A stretch of 48,376 nt of DNA from Octopus sinensis (lineage: Eukaryota), in NCBI RefSeq assembly GCF_006345805.1, contig NW_021834477.1, positions 1 to 48,376 of the forward strand, read 5' to 3'. The notes under the pieces were generated by a model. It did no database searches, was not told the DNA's origin, and was given only the letters and a program-made list of their open reading frames with translations. The position numbers were made by a program, and so were the translations under genes. Shown piece by piece: positions 11,115 through 24,149 of this stretch (positions within the stretch are counted from its first letter, which is position 1; each line of letters opens with the position of its first letter).

Positions 11115-12083
11115 TATGTATGAATGTATATTTATTTATACATAAGTACATATATGTATACATACATAGATACATTTATGTTGAAAATAATATACGGTAG
11201 CCAGCCACAAATAGCATAAGACCTCTAATGAGACCACTGGTAGACATCTGCCTTATACACAATGCGAAGATATGTATATGTATGTGTGTGTATACAGATC
11301 TGTATGTATGTGCGTATATATATTTGTGTGTGTTTGTGCGTATGAGTGTGTATGTACGGGTGTGTGTTTGTGTATGCGAGGAACTTCTTGTACGTGCTTA
11401 TGATTATATATAGAACTACGCGTACGTATATATGTGTGTGCAGTAGCTACCTATGTTGTGTGTATGTGGGGGATGTAAGTTATGTATTTAAATGTATGGA
11501 AAGAGGAAAAATGGAGGAAAGATAAATGAGATTGGTGGGAGACATGGAATTTGGAATTCGTTACAAGAAGGAGGGTATGTCTCCAAAAGGCGATGAGTCC
11601 GTAAAAGGATGTAGAATCGCTCCTTGCGAAGTCTAGTCGTAGAATATCCATGGTTTAAGACTGATAGTATCCTTCATTGTTTTTATCAGTCAATGACCCC
11701 AACAATACAGAATGAGGTTGCAACAGAGCAACATCAACGCCATATTCAAAATCAATCAATAGTTCATTCCTGGTTATTTTGGTTCACGAATGCTGTATCC
11801 TGTTGATTTTTTGTTGGTAATTCGCTATCAGTAATGCTCACATATTTGATATCAGTTTTCTGGAGTTCTATACTGGATGATAGCGTTATCAGCTCATATA
11901 TATTCTACCTAGTTTTGTTACGTGTTCCGTGTTATACTGTGCTATAATGATTTCTTGATTCCTTGATTTCATTGCTTCAGCAACCGACGAGAATGTTTCG
12001 TACTTGCGGATCATATCAGAGCTTGAATCAGGAAGCCTACAGTTTTCATATTTACACTGGCATTTTTATATAACAATTTTGTC

Positions 12084-12442
12084 AGTGAACAGGTCGTGAA
12101 CAGGTCGCAGTCTCAAAGCGAACAGTGAACAGGTCGCGGTCCTCAAAGCGAAGAGTGAACAGGTCGCGGTCCTCAAAACAGCGGCGAGCTGGCAGAAACG
12201 TTAGCACGCCGGGCGAAATGCGTAGCCGTATTTCGTCTACCGTTACGTTCTGAGTTCAAATTCCGCCGAGGTAGACTTTGCCTTTCATCCTTTCGGGGTC
12301 GATAAATTAAGTACCAATTACGCACTGGGGTCGATATAATCGACTTAATCTGTTTGTTTGTCCTCTCTGTGTTTAGCCCCTTGTGGGTAGTAAAGAAATA
12401 GGTCCTCAAAACAAACAGTGAACAGGTCGCGGTCTCAAAGCG
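12084..12442 (+). repeat. About 30-bp tandem repeat (agtgaacaggtcgcggtcctcaaagcga..) interrupted by a SINE
   Basis: 4-5 degenerate units visible. Confidence 0.8.
12181..12400 (+). mobile_element. SINE family A
   Basis: Full head to tail, 13-bp TSD ggtcctcaaaaca (12168-12180 / 12401-12413). Confidence 0.92.
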
Positions 12443-13436
12443 ACGAAAATATTTTGGCATATTATATTTAAATGTTGAAGTGTATCTAACGGTTTTTGTG
12501 TGTTTCTTAAATGGCTTATAAACACCTTCTATGCTGCAATTGTTTTCGTTCCAGCACACGATCTGAGATCAGGTCACTTGCTATGCAAGTACATCTCCGT
12601 TATATATTACAATTGTTATATGAATCAAACTCGCTAGCTATTAAGTTTGAAGTTTCATGAAGCTGAGAAGCTTCGTTGGTGTTTCGATATTTTCTTATTC
12701 TTTTTTATAATATACGCTATCGGGATATATGCTGCGTTCTGTTTAACAAGTATTCTTTTGTTTTTCTTATTTATAATGTATCCATTCATTCTATAACTCG
12801 GGTGCGTTAGGTTCATGCAGTATCACGTGTGTTTTATGTATTTTTATTATGTATTGTGAATGTTGCATCCGTTGTATGCCATTTGATCTAGTATCGTTCT
12901 GTAACATATTCTTTTAACTCGTTCGACTATCAGGTATTAATGATTTACGTCTTAAGATTTCATTATTTGAAGTGTTTTTAGTTGATAAAAATTTAAATGT
13001 TCGGTTTCAGCTACAATAAGACTTCAAAAAGTTTGTATCTAAAAGTTTGTAAATTGGTTATAGCACTTGTTATCAGCAAAAAGTAGTCCACTGCATCTAC
13101 CCTAAGAATCTGCAAGTAACTATGATATCCTAACAATAACACTTATTGTCTGAATTGTCTTCTCTTCTTCTTTTTATCATAGTTAGACGATTATTTTACG
13201 ATACTCATTCCCCTAACCATAACCAAGGTCTACAGCTCAGCTATATTTTCCATTGTCTTCGATCTCTCAACTAATAGCTGTCATTGTTAGCCATACACTC
13301 TCCTACGCTCCTACATTGACCACACTACTATGCATTCGTCCTTCATTTCCACACGTGTCTTGCCTGAAATCAACCTCTACTATCCGTTTTAGTTATCAAC
13401 GAAAATATAAAAAAAAATTGTGCACAATAAATAACC

Positions 13437-13660
13437 TATTTCTTTACTACCCACAAGGGCCTAAACACAGAAGGGACAAACAAGGACAGACAAACGGATT
13501 AAGTCGATTATATCGACCCCAGTGCGTAACTGGTACTTATTTAATCGAAACCGAAAAGATGAAAAGCAAAGTCGACCTCGGTGGAATTTGAACTCAGAAC
13601 GTAGCGACAGACAAAATACTGCTGAGCATTTCGCCCGGCGTGCTAACGATTCTGCCAGCT
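13437..13660 (-). mobile_element. SINE family A
   Basis: Matches the other family A copies. Confidence 0.88.
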
Positions 13661-14195
13661 AAATAACCAACTCCGAAATGTAGACATTTCTTGTCTCAAG
13701 AAAATAATATTCATTACTACACGCTCACTACTTCAACTATAATAAAACTGTAATATACTCGACAAAGTTACATACAATAAAGACTAAGGGCAGATAACTT
13801 CTTTTATGGGCTAGAAAATATCTCATTTCAATTATAATCCATCAGAAGGTGGAATTTCATCCGACCCTAGGGAACTACTTACATATAAGATATATAGTAC
13901 TCATCACATTAGGCATGAGAGTTCCATTGCCATTCTACGAGCATGAGTCTGTTGATGAGACCTATCATTTATCTCTGCCACTACTTCCCAGAGATTCCTT
14001 CACTCAAGGCATTAACGTTTCTTCTTGTTTTTCTTTCATGGCTAGAAATAGGGTAGATATGGTTCATTTACCTGATATTCATATTTAAGCCTTCCTTCAG
14101 AAACGTACAGCTAAAATTTTAAAGCAAACGTTGCATTTAGTGATAATAGCCAATCAAAATGCCAAGAAAAATTACAAGGGCCACAGGAAACACGC

Positions 14196-14584
14196 TTTTA
14201 ATTTAATTTAATTTAATTTTTTTGGCTCAAAAAGCAAAAGCAAGGCCATGTAGGGGGACATGGAGTTATGTACAGGGAGGGTGTTTATACAAAGAGTTCA
14301 GGCCGTTTCTGGTCAAGAGAGAGACTTTGAACCGAGTGGTCGTCAGCATCTTCACTATCTCGTCCGGCAGCTTATTCCACGGATTCGCAACCCGGACGGA
14401 GAAAGCCCCTCTCCTTCGATTGAGATGAAATCGTCGTAGATAGAGCTTTTCGGAGTGATCCCGCAGCCCACGCTCTGGAGCAGGAGTGAAGAACAGCTCT
14501 TTCGAGAGGTTACACTTTCCGCTTATGATGTTGTGAGCGAGAATGAGATCACCACGGCGTTGTCGTTTTTCTAGAGAATAAAGG
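14196..14584 (-). mobile_element. CR1-clade LINE 3' fragment with (TAAAT)n tail
   Basis: Minus frame LYSLEKRQRRGDLILAHNII...AFSVRVANPWNKLPDEIV, typical of the CR1/L2 ORF2 C-terminus. Confidence 0.85.
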
Positions 14585-14812
14585 TCTCTTTTATTCTTTT
14601 ACTGCTTTTATTGCTTATAGTCAATGGGCTAACAATGTTATCTTACTCTCAGTTAAAACATTCGAACCTCGGCCACAAAGCAATTGACGGGGATCCCTGT
14701 AAATGAATTCAAACAAGAAATTTTTGCAGTAACAATTATTTCTGTTGCGACGCCACTAAAATAGATCTGTTCGAAAACGAAAATTCCTCTATGGGTAAAC
14801 ATTTCAATATAT

Positions 14813-15219
14813 ACTCTTTTACTCTTTTACTTGTTTCAGTCAGTTGACTGCGGCCATGCTGGAGCACCGCCTTTAGTCGAGCAACTCGACCCCGGGACTT
14901 ATTCTTTGTAAGCTCAGTACTTATTCTATCGGTCTCTTTTGCCGAACCGCTAAGTAACGGGGACATAAACACACCAGCATCGGTTGTCAAGCAATGCTAG
15001 GGAGACAAACACAGACACACACATACACATACATATATATATATATACATATATACGACGGGCTTCTTTCAGTTTCCGTCTACCAAATCCACTCAAAAGG
15101 CTTTGGTCGGCCCGAGGCTATAGTAGAAGACACTTGCCCAAGGTGCCACGCAGTGGGACTGAACCCGGAACCATGTGGTTGGTAAACAAGCTACTTACCA
15201 CACAGCCACTCCTGCGCCT
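14813..15219 (-). mobile_element. SINE family B (tRNA head, CORE-like ccttgggcaagtgtc, internal microsatellite, (gagtaaaa)n tail)
   Basis: One of about 9 similar copies in the window. Confidence 0.9.
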
Positions 15220-17174
15220 ATGTGTCTAAAATGTAAGATCAACATAAACGATAGTAGCAAATAAAGCAGCTAAGACCAAGAAAGAGAACGTAATAACTAT
15301 AGCTAAGAGTAGCAGCACCAACATCACCGACAGCAATATGATCAGCAGCAGCAGGGATTGCCGCAGCAGCAATGATAGCAGCCATAGTACTTGTATCATC
15401 AGCGATAAACAAGCGATAACAGAAAATATGATAAATATATATATTTTTTTTCTGATGACGATTATTAGACCTTATCGTCATTTACATATGAATAGTGTTG
15501 GAAATCGTAAAGATTAGGGTGTAAAGAGGTGGCAGTTGGCGAGGGGTGAAGGGTTTAAAACCCAGGAAACGCAAGGGACGCAACAGAGCAGCGATAGCGT
15601 GATGTAACGGTGAATAGACTAAGGTTCACCTGCTGATAACTTTTCTTGCCCGTCAAGTATCTGATGAGAGTTTGATATTTAGAAAATTAGTCTCGTTCTC
15701 CGTATGACAGTATCAGTAGCAAAGAGAGAAACCCAATTGATAGCAATGGCATTGTCATTGAAGTTATAATACTTATCTGTCTACTTAAGAGGAAACTTTT
15801 CAAACAGCAATCGTGTAAAAAGGAGCTGTTTCATGAATGTTTGTAAGCGAAGCTGTGACCATATTATGGTAAATAAAAGAGACTGTCTATCTGCTTTCAG
15901 AACGGATGTAGCAATTTCTCATATCGTTAAAAGATAAGATTTGATTTCTCTAATCTATTTACTATCTGTTAATGAAGTAAAAATAAAAATATTCTTGAGA
16001 TAGACATTTCAGCCTCCATACTTCGCATCTATGATTTGAAGTGAGCGACATTTCGTGATTCTCTATATTTATAAGATGTAAAACGACATCCGTAGATCTT
16101 AAATGGAATGAGTAGTTTGAATTTAATTAATGATGGTAATATTTCAGTGTGGAATTAAAAAAAAAAAAAATGGAAATTACATAAAATAGTGAATGCGATT
16201 TGTTAAACGTAATTCAATAGGAATGCATTTATGGAAAGAACAACATCAAAATATCTATAGTAATGTGTTTAGATGGAGACAAAATACGTAACGGAAGATG
16301 GAAAAAAATATGTATACACGTAAATTTCAAAGCAGCTTGAATTCAAGGAGCATACTCAAAGACTCAGGAAGCGTTAAAGTAAATGTTAAAATGACAGCTA
16401 AATCTTCTGTTAAAGGTGTAACGAAAGTTAAACTTTATAAATAGAAAATGACTTGCCAATGAAATTGCTACTTTTCTGTACTGACACGTAAACCTAGCTA
16501 GAATTGTACAATCACAAATCTTAATAAATGCAATGAAACTGCAATAAAGTGAATAGAAAGGGAAGGCATGTAATACATGCAGTTATTTATCTAATGTCTG
16601 CGGAATAAATTTTTGATGGTGTGGCTATCAGAAATATAGATTCTATTTGATCAAAAGACCAACTATCTACGCTTAACAGTTATTAAATTTGTCCTCAGAC
16701 TGAACGTTAATTCCAACACTTTCTTTCTTAATCCTAGAAATCTTAATTCTCAAATACTAGTTCACCGACTGGTTCCAATAATTAATTCACTGGTTTTGTT
16801 CCTCTGACCGTAATATTCAGATAAATTCTTCATTTTTGCCTCATTACAAAGAAAACTATTCATACTAATATAAGATCAATAAATCTCAAACACTCGGTTA
16901 AGAATGGACGTTACCAAAAACAAATGTAATTAATTAATCTTCGCAGAGGTCGGAGATCTCCTAGTGAGAAATGGCTTTGTTGATTGAGTATCATATACAC
17001 CAACTTGGGGTTGTATTACAACAAGCGTCGTAATTGAAACTGGGTAGACGAAAACTAAATGAAGAAGCTCGTAAAGTTAATCTGAAACCTTCTTCGACAC
17101 TAGCACCTTGGATGCTTTCACTGAGGTCTGCTCTGTTGCAAGCACTTATATCTGGTATTCCGTTTCAGGAGAAC

Positions 17175-17598
17175 TCTCTTTTACTCTTTTACTTGTTTCA
17201 GTCATTTGACTGTGGCCATGCTGGAGCACCGCCTTTAGTCGAGCAAATCGACCTCAGGACTTATTTTTTGTAAGCCTTAGTACTTATTCTATCGGTCTCT
17301 TTTTACCGAACCGCTAAGTTACGGGGACGTAAACACACCAGCATCAGTTGTCAAGCGATGTTGGAGGGGGGACAAACACAGACACACAAACATACACACA
17401 CACACATGCATACATATACATATATATATATGAATATATACGACGGGCTTCTTTCAGTTTCCATCTACCAAATCCACTCACAAGGCTTTAGTCGGCCCGA
17501 GGCTATAGTAGAAGACACTTGCCCAAGGTGACACGCAGTGGGACTAAACCCGGAACCATGTGATTCGTAAGCAAGCTACTTACCACACAGCCACTCCT
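17175..17598 (-). mobile_element. SINE family B
   Basis: Similarity to 14813-15219. Confidence 0.9.
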
Positions 17599-17804
17599 AC
17601 ACCTAGCTACTTTTTATGAACTTCTTCATACTACAGACACTGGACGTGGTTTCTAAGCGTTTTTCATCACCAGTCTCGGAGGTTCTGCAAAGAGGTCAAC
17701 GATACTGTGTTTCTTTCTCTCGCTACACCTAAAAAAATAGCTTCTAAGCCTAAACAAAACGGTTCCCTTCACTGTTATTCCTGCCACTCTACTAACTTGT
17801 TTAA

Positions 17805-17948
17805 AAATCCGCTGAGGTCGACTTTGCCTTTCATCTTTTCGGGGGGGGGGGTCGAGAAATTAAGTACCAGTTGCGTACTGGGGTCGATCTAATCGACTGC
17901 CTCCACCACCACAAAAGTTTTGGGCCACGTGCCCTGAATAGAAAAGAC
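17805..17948 (+). mobile_element. SINE family A, partial
   Basis: Core and tail only. Confidence 0.7.
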
Positions 17949-18304
17949 TATCTATTCCATTAGTGTTAACAATGCACGCGATGTTATCACCAATTGATAA
18001 ATAATGATCCAACAATGGTCTATCCCCTCAAATATTCACTGAATTAACTAATTGCAAACGACAACCTATAAGAACATTTCGCATCACATCCGCTCCAGTT
18101 ATGGTTAATACATGTGACAGTTTAAATCAGACTGTCATCTACTCCCTCGTGCACTTCATTGACAAAGCAGTTTGGTCAATCATAATTAAATCACTCCTCG
18201 TTATATACTTCTTGGTGTTGTTTCGATACGTTTATTTATGTGTATTGAGCGTACATTAATTGAGTCTTTCAACTCCAATTTTCTCCCAAATTCTTTTTCC
18301 TCAG

Positions 18305-18369
18305 ACGTATTTATCCTTCTACACCAGTGCGAATCTTGCAACTACAAAACGTTTAACATTTTTCGTTAG
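18305..18369 (+). CDS. Candidate exon, TYLSFYTSANLATTKRLTFFV (phase 0-2)
   Basis: Strong acceptor ttctttttcctcAG, donor ag|GTaccg. Confidence 0.2.
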
Positions 18370-18419
18370 GTACCGGGATTTGAGGGTATAGGGACAGCTT
18401 GGTGTAAAGGGGCAAAAGC

Positions 18420-18850
18420 GAAAATTAAAATAATAATGTCAGCATATTAAGAGCTTTAGTCTAGTCTACTAACTGATCTGATGCCCATAGATGATAGAGA
18501 ATTGGTAAAACTCTTTAGGGGTGAAATTTGAAACGGTTTCAAAAATCCTTGTCGTTGGCCTAAGCGAGGCAAAATATTTATTGCCGGCTAGGCGAATTTG
18601 GTATGTCTGAATAGTTTGTCTCTGCTGTGGCTTGCACTTATGATCACAGCAACATAAATTTTGATCTGAAATGCTCACAGATGAATCTGCATCGAAAATT
18701 TATTTGAAAAGCTTTACCCCAATTGCAAAGATTTTTTAAAAAATTCTTTCAAATTTCACCCCAAAAGAATTTATCAATTCTTTGTCATCCAGAGGTATTA
18801 GATCAGTCAGTAGGCCAGAGCTCTTACTATGCTTACATCAGCATTTCAAT
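18420..18850. mobile_element. Degenerate foldback/MITE with about 115-bp inverted arms
   Basis: ctactaactgatctgatg..aattggtaaaactctttaggggtgaaatttgaaa is the inverted complement of tttcaaatttcaccccaaaagaatttatcaatt..agatcagtcagtag. Confidence 0.7.
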
Positions 18851-19206
18851 TTTGTTTTTTGTTTGGGTTTTTTTTTTTGTCCCTATTCACCAAGCTAGCC
18901 CTATTCCTCACAAATTAAATAACCTCTTGTTCTTTGACACCAATGTTCTATCTTATTTGAATTTTCATTATGCAGGTAATGGTTTCTAATCTAAGCACAA
19001 AACTAGCAATTTTTGTGGAGAAAGTGTTAATGTAAACTATTGATCATTATACTCATGTGGTACTTTAATTTATTGACCTTGAAAGAATAAAAGGTAAAGT
19101 CGACTGCGATAGGATTTGAACTCAAAATGCAAAGAGTCGAAAAAATACCGAAAAAGAATTTTTCCAACACTGTAACGACTCAGCCAGGTGGCTACCCTAC
19201 TATACC

Positions 19207-19437
19207 TATTTCTTTACTACCCACAAGGGGCTAAAAACAGAGGGGATAAACAAGGACAGACAAACGGATTAAGTCGATTGCATCGACCCCAGTGCATAAC
19301 TGGTACTTAATTTATTGACCCCGAAAGGATGAAAGGCAAAGTCGACCTCGGCGGAATTTGAACTCAGAACGTAACGGAAGACGAATTACGACTACGCATT
19401 TCGCCCGGCGTGCTAACGTTTCTGCCAGCTCGCCGCC
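19207..19437 (-). mobile_element. SINE family A
   Basis: 15-bp TSD ctaccctactatacc (19192-19206 / 19441-19455). An older degenerate copy lies at about 19020-19190. Confidence 0.92.
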
Positions 19438-20200
19438 TTTCTACCCTACTATACCTATCATATCTAAAATGATTCCTAACAAAGTTACACGCTCAATGCT
19501 CACACCATGGAATTGAGGAGTGATTATGACAACGCAGTAAAAATCTTAAAACATTAATTACCATCATGAAAAAACATACATATACCCCAAACGTCTTGCA
19601 TTAGAAGCGATTTGCACATACACGCGTGCATGGTTTCAAACATAGCCAAATTGTTAAAAAAAATTCCGGATTTTTTACCTTTGAAAAACAGATCGAGAAA
19701 TTAATTAGCTAGCGGGGCGCTGAGTATTTGAGGAACACATTTCAATGAACGTAACTACAAATCAGCTCAGCTTTAATGACTACCAAACAGGGGCTGTTGC
19801 AGCCCTTTCTTGCCTTCCAGCTGTCGCATACAAGGTGTTCGGGTGTTCCACAGCATTATGGCTGACAGGGCCGAGAGGGAGCTCTTATGTTATTTTCCAT
19901 ACATAGGACCCCACGACAACTAATGAAAATGTGACACATGTTACCAAGCTACTGCCATTCACGCGCGTCGACTGGCTGTATTGTATACACGTATACAGAA
20001 ATATATGTATGTGTTCGTGTGCCTATGTGTGTGAGTGTCCGCGTGTGTGCAGAACATTTACTGATGAGACAATCCAAACGGAAAGCAGAGTGAAATTTAT
20101 AAAATTGATATCGACTAGTACTTCATGTTTCTGCTTATAGCTTCGAGGACCAGTCTCGGTTGGCTGTTTAAGCCGTTATAGTTACATGCATACATGTATG

Positions 20201-20234
<34 letters not shown>

Positions 20235-20256
20235 TGTATGTATGTATGTATGTATG

Positions 20257-20287
<31 letters not shown>

Positions 20288-20312
20288 GTGTGAGTGACAC
20301 GTGTCTGTGTGT

Positions 20313-20385
<73 letters not shown>

Positions 20386-20466
20386 CAGACAGACAGATAT
20401 ATATATATATATATAATTATATAGATAAATAGATAGATCGATAGATAGATAGATATAGATAGATAT

Positions 20467-20790
20467 GTTTCTTTATTAGCCACACGGGCTGCACACAGAT
20501 AGAACAAATTACAAGGTAGAGCTTTTCTTTTGAAGGTATTAAAAAAAAAAAAAAAAAAAAAGGAAGGGGGAGGTTCGATCAAAAGGGATCGTAAAAGGAG
20601 AGAAAGAGGACAAAAATAAGGGGGTTAAAAAAAAAAAAAAAAAAAGGGGGGGGAGGAAAAAAATGATCAATAGGGATCGTTATCACAGAAATGTCAATAT
20701 GAAGTGTAAAGGGGAGGACAGGTGAGGTTTACCCGTGGAAAGAAAAGCCTGCGGAAAAGACCACGGTAACCTCGGTCAATGAAGTCACAT
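20467..20790 (-). mobile_element. LINE 3'UTR fragment (probably L1/Tx1 group) abutting (TATC)n
   Basis: Ends ..gtggctAATAAAgaaac. Second copy at 22928-23050. Clade assignment is inferred. Confidence 0.5.
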
Positions 20791-20996
20791 TTTATATTTC
20801 TTTTTTTTTTTTTTTTTGCAATAAGCAACTCTCTGTTTTCGATTTCTGGGTTCATAGGACTATGCTCAAGGTGGCTTCGTCATTCATACGTGCCATTCTT
20901 GCTACATTCACCCATCTTTTTTAAAACATTCGCTAGACAAAACTTGCCTCTCTACTCTCACTTTCCTTTTCAAGTGGGCTTGAAGAAGTTGATGAG

Positions 20997-21069
<73 letters not shown>

Positions 21070-21071
21070 TG

Positions 21072-21310
21072 TGTGGCTGTGCGTGCCTTAGCGTGTTGCT
21101 CTCATTATTGTAAGATTGTGGTTTCGATACTTGGACCAAGCGATGCGTTGAATTATTGAGCAAAATATTTCATTCTATCTTGATCCAGTCCACTCAAATG
21201 CTCTGTTGGCAGAAGCGAGTACTCATGCGACGGACCGGCACCCCGCGGGGGAACACATACACCACAGAATCCGAGAAACGGGTTTTATGCCCCTATGGCA
21301 CTGGAAGGAG
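21072..21310 (+). mobile_element. Old SINE, family D
   Basis: tRNA-like head and ggggaacacata..ccacagaa tail, shared with 28075 and 45945. Confidence 0.6.
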
Positions 21311-21399
21311 CTTTGAACCTTCATACATACATACCTGCATGCACACAAACACAAACATATAAGCATATGCTTATATTTCCATACATACATGCATGCATG

Positions 21400-21463
<64 letters not shown>

Positions 21464-21489
21464 ATATACATATATGTGTGTGTGTGTGT

Positions 21490-21521
<32 letters not shown>

Positions 21522-21523
<2 letters not shown>

Positions 21524-21861
21524 GGCGCATGGCTCAGTGGTTAGAGAGTCGAGCTTACGATCGTGAGGTTGTGAGCTCGAATCCCGACCGGGCTGCGTGT
21601 TTTGTGTCTCGAGCAAGGCACTTTATTTCACATTGCTCCAGTTCACTCAGCTGTAGAAATGAGTTGCGACGTCACTGGTGCCAAGCTGTATCGACCTTTG
21701 TCTTTCCCTTGGATAACACTGGTGGCGTGGAGAGGGGAGGCTGGTGTGCATGGGCGACTGCTGGCCTTCCATAAACAACCTTGCCCGGACTTGTGTCTAG
21801 GAGGGTAACTTTCTAGGTGCAATCCCATGGTCATTCATGACCGAAGGTGGTCTTTACCCTT
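21522..21861 (+). mobile_element. SINE family C
   Basis: tRNA head ggcgcatggctcagtggttagag..ctcgaatccc. Homologous to 30971-31302. Confidence 0.88.
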
Positions 21862-22003
21862 ATATATATATATAGGTATGGGTAGATAAAAAGCATAAGT
21901 AGAGATAGATTTGGCTGCTATTTCTCGCTGATGAATCCTTTGATAGTTCGATATGTGTCAATAGTGTGGGAGTGAAAGAAACGTAGTGGGGGGGGGGGAA
22001 TAA

Positions 22004-22220
22004 TATTCTTTACTTGTTTCAGTCATTTGACTGCGGCAATGCTGGAGCACCGCCTTTAGTCAAGCAAATCGACCCAGGACTTATTCTTTCGAATAAGTCC
22101 TGGTACTTATTCTATCGATCGCTTTTGCCGAATCGTTTAGTTACGGGGACCAGCATCGGTTGTCAAGCAATGCTGGGGGGGACAAAAACAGACACAAAAC
22201 ATATACACGTACATACCTAT

Positions 22221-22266
<46 letters not shown>

Positions 22267-22426
22267 ATGTACGATGGTTTTTCAGTTTTCGTCTATCAAA
22301 TCCACTCACAAGGCTTTGGTCGGACCAAGGCTATAGTAGAAGACACTTGCCCAAGGTGCCACACGGCGGGACTGAACCCGGAATCATGTGGTTGGTAAGG
22401 AAGCTACTTACCACACAGCCACTCCT
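22004..22426 (-). mobile_element. SINE family B
   Basis: Similarity to the other B copies. Confidence 0.88.
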
Positions 22427-22719
22427 GCACCTACATATATGTATGTGTGTAGGTGTGTAAGTGTGGGAGGTGTTTAAGTGTGTATATGTGTGTGTGTATG
22501 TGTGTATACATATACCTCTATGTACACACACAGACGAATACACAGATACACATAAACACACACACACATATACGCACATAACCCCCACCCAATATCAATA
22601 TATATATATATATAGGATAATTAAATCTCAGAATGATATATATATATATATATATAAAAGAATTTTTTGCGTAATAAGATAAAATCAAGACTGTATAGAT
22701 ATTAGAGCATTTACAGAGA

Positions 22720-22800
22720 GAAGGTCTTTCAGCTGTTTCTAGGATAATTTATTAATAATATCCCTTCATCGGAGACACCGTGAGAGAATAGTTAAGGTCA
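22720..22800 (-). mobile_element. Penelope-like terminus remnant with hammerhead-like motif
   Basis: Minus strand: gtct CCGATGA agggat..atcct a GAAAC agct g. Homologous to 2281-2355. Confidence 0.55.
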
Positions 22801-22848
22801 TATAGATAGATAGATAGATAGATAGATAGATGATAGATAGATACATAG

Positions 22849-22888
<40 letters not shown>

Positions 22889-22927
22889 CTATAGATAGAT
22901 AATAGATAGATAGATGGATAGATAGAT

Positions 22928-23050
22928 TGTTTCTTATTAGCCACACAGTGCTGACACAGACAGGACAAATTACAAGGTAGAGCTTTTCTTTTGGGGGCAA
23001 AAGAAGGGAGTTTGGTTTCGATCAAAAGGGATCGTAATGGAAAGAAAGAG
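22928..23050 (-). mobile_element. LINE 3'UTR fragment, same family as 20467-20790
   Basis: Shared ttattagccacac..acaaattacaaggtagagcttttc..aagggatcgtaa. Abuts (GATA)n. Confidence 0.55.
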
Positions 23051-23441
23051 GACAAAAAAAAGGAGGGGATAAAATAAAATTTTAAAAAAAAGGGGGAGGT
23101 GAGGGAAAAAAAAGGGGAGGTGAAGAAAAAAAAGGGAAAGGAAAAAAAAAAAAAAGATAGATATAAGTTCATGGTAGTGAATGAAGATTAGTGAAGAAAT
23201 GGTAGGGAGCAAAAGAATGAGAGCGGATAGAAGAAAATGACTATCAGAATGAATAAGAAAAATGAATGATAGAGAACGGCTGAGAGGTGATTGTGTGAGA
23301 GAGCGTACATGGTTAAGGGAAGAGTATGTGCGCAGGTGACTATGTATAAGTGCGTGTGTTTCGCAGTTCCTGTACATGTGCGTGAGGCATATCAGTTGAT
23401 GTGTGTGTGTGAGAGAGAAAGAGGGAGAGAGAGAGAGAGAG

Positions 23442-23475
<34 letters not shown>

Positions 23476-23682
23476 TGATTGTGTGTGTGTGTTTTGGTTT
23501 ACGTATACGTGCCATTTCTTTGTGAGTGGATGCATGCGTTTATGTATACGTGAATATGTGTGTAAATATAATATATATATATATAATATATATATGTATG
23601 CATGTATGTATGTATGTATGTATGTATGTATGTATGTATTGTATGTATGTATATATTTTATTTATTTTATTTTATAATAATA

Positions 23683-23718
<36 letters not shown>

Positions 23719-24149
23719 TGTATGTATATTTTATTTTATCTAGTTTCAGCTCACGAGCTGTGGCCATGCTGGGGCACCGCCATTATATATATATATATAC
23801 ACACACCTCACACACAAACACATAGAGATATATGTATGCATGTATATGTGTGTGCGTGTGTATGTGTGTGTGTGCATGGGTGTGTGTTTGTGCGTGTGCG
23901 TGTATGTGTTTGGGCGATTGTATGTGTCAGTGTGAGCGTGTGTGTGTGTGTGTGTGTGTGTTTGTGTGTCCGTAAGTATCTATGTATGTATGTATGTATT
24001 TGTGTGTCTAAGCGTATGATTTCGTGCCAACTTGTGCATGTGTGATTGTGTGCGTGTATGTGCGTATGTCTATGTGTGTGTGTGCGTATGTCTATGTGTG
24101 TGTTTGTGTGTGTGTGTTAAGTAAAACATATCTATAAAACTGATAACGC

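Noticed and set aside
12084-12442. CRISPR-like 30-bp repeats
   Set aside because: Contiguous tandem units with no unique spacers; eukaryotic context; no cas genes.
21522-21600. tRNA genes at SINE heads
   Set aside because: A/B-box-like heads continue into SINE bodies repeated elsewhere; no complete cloverleaf.
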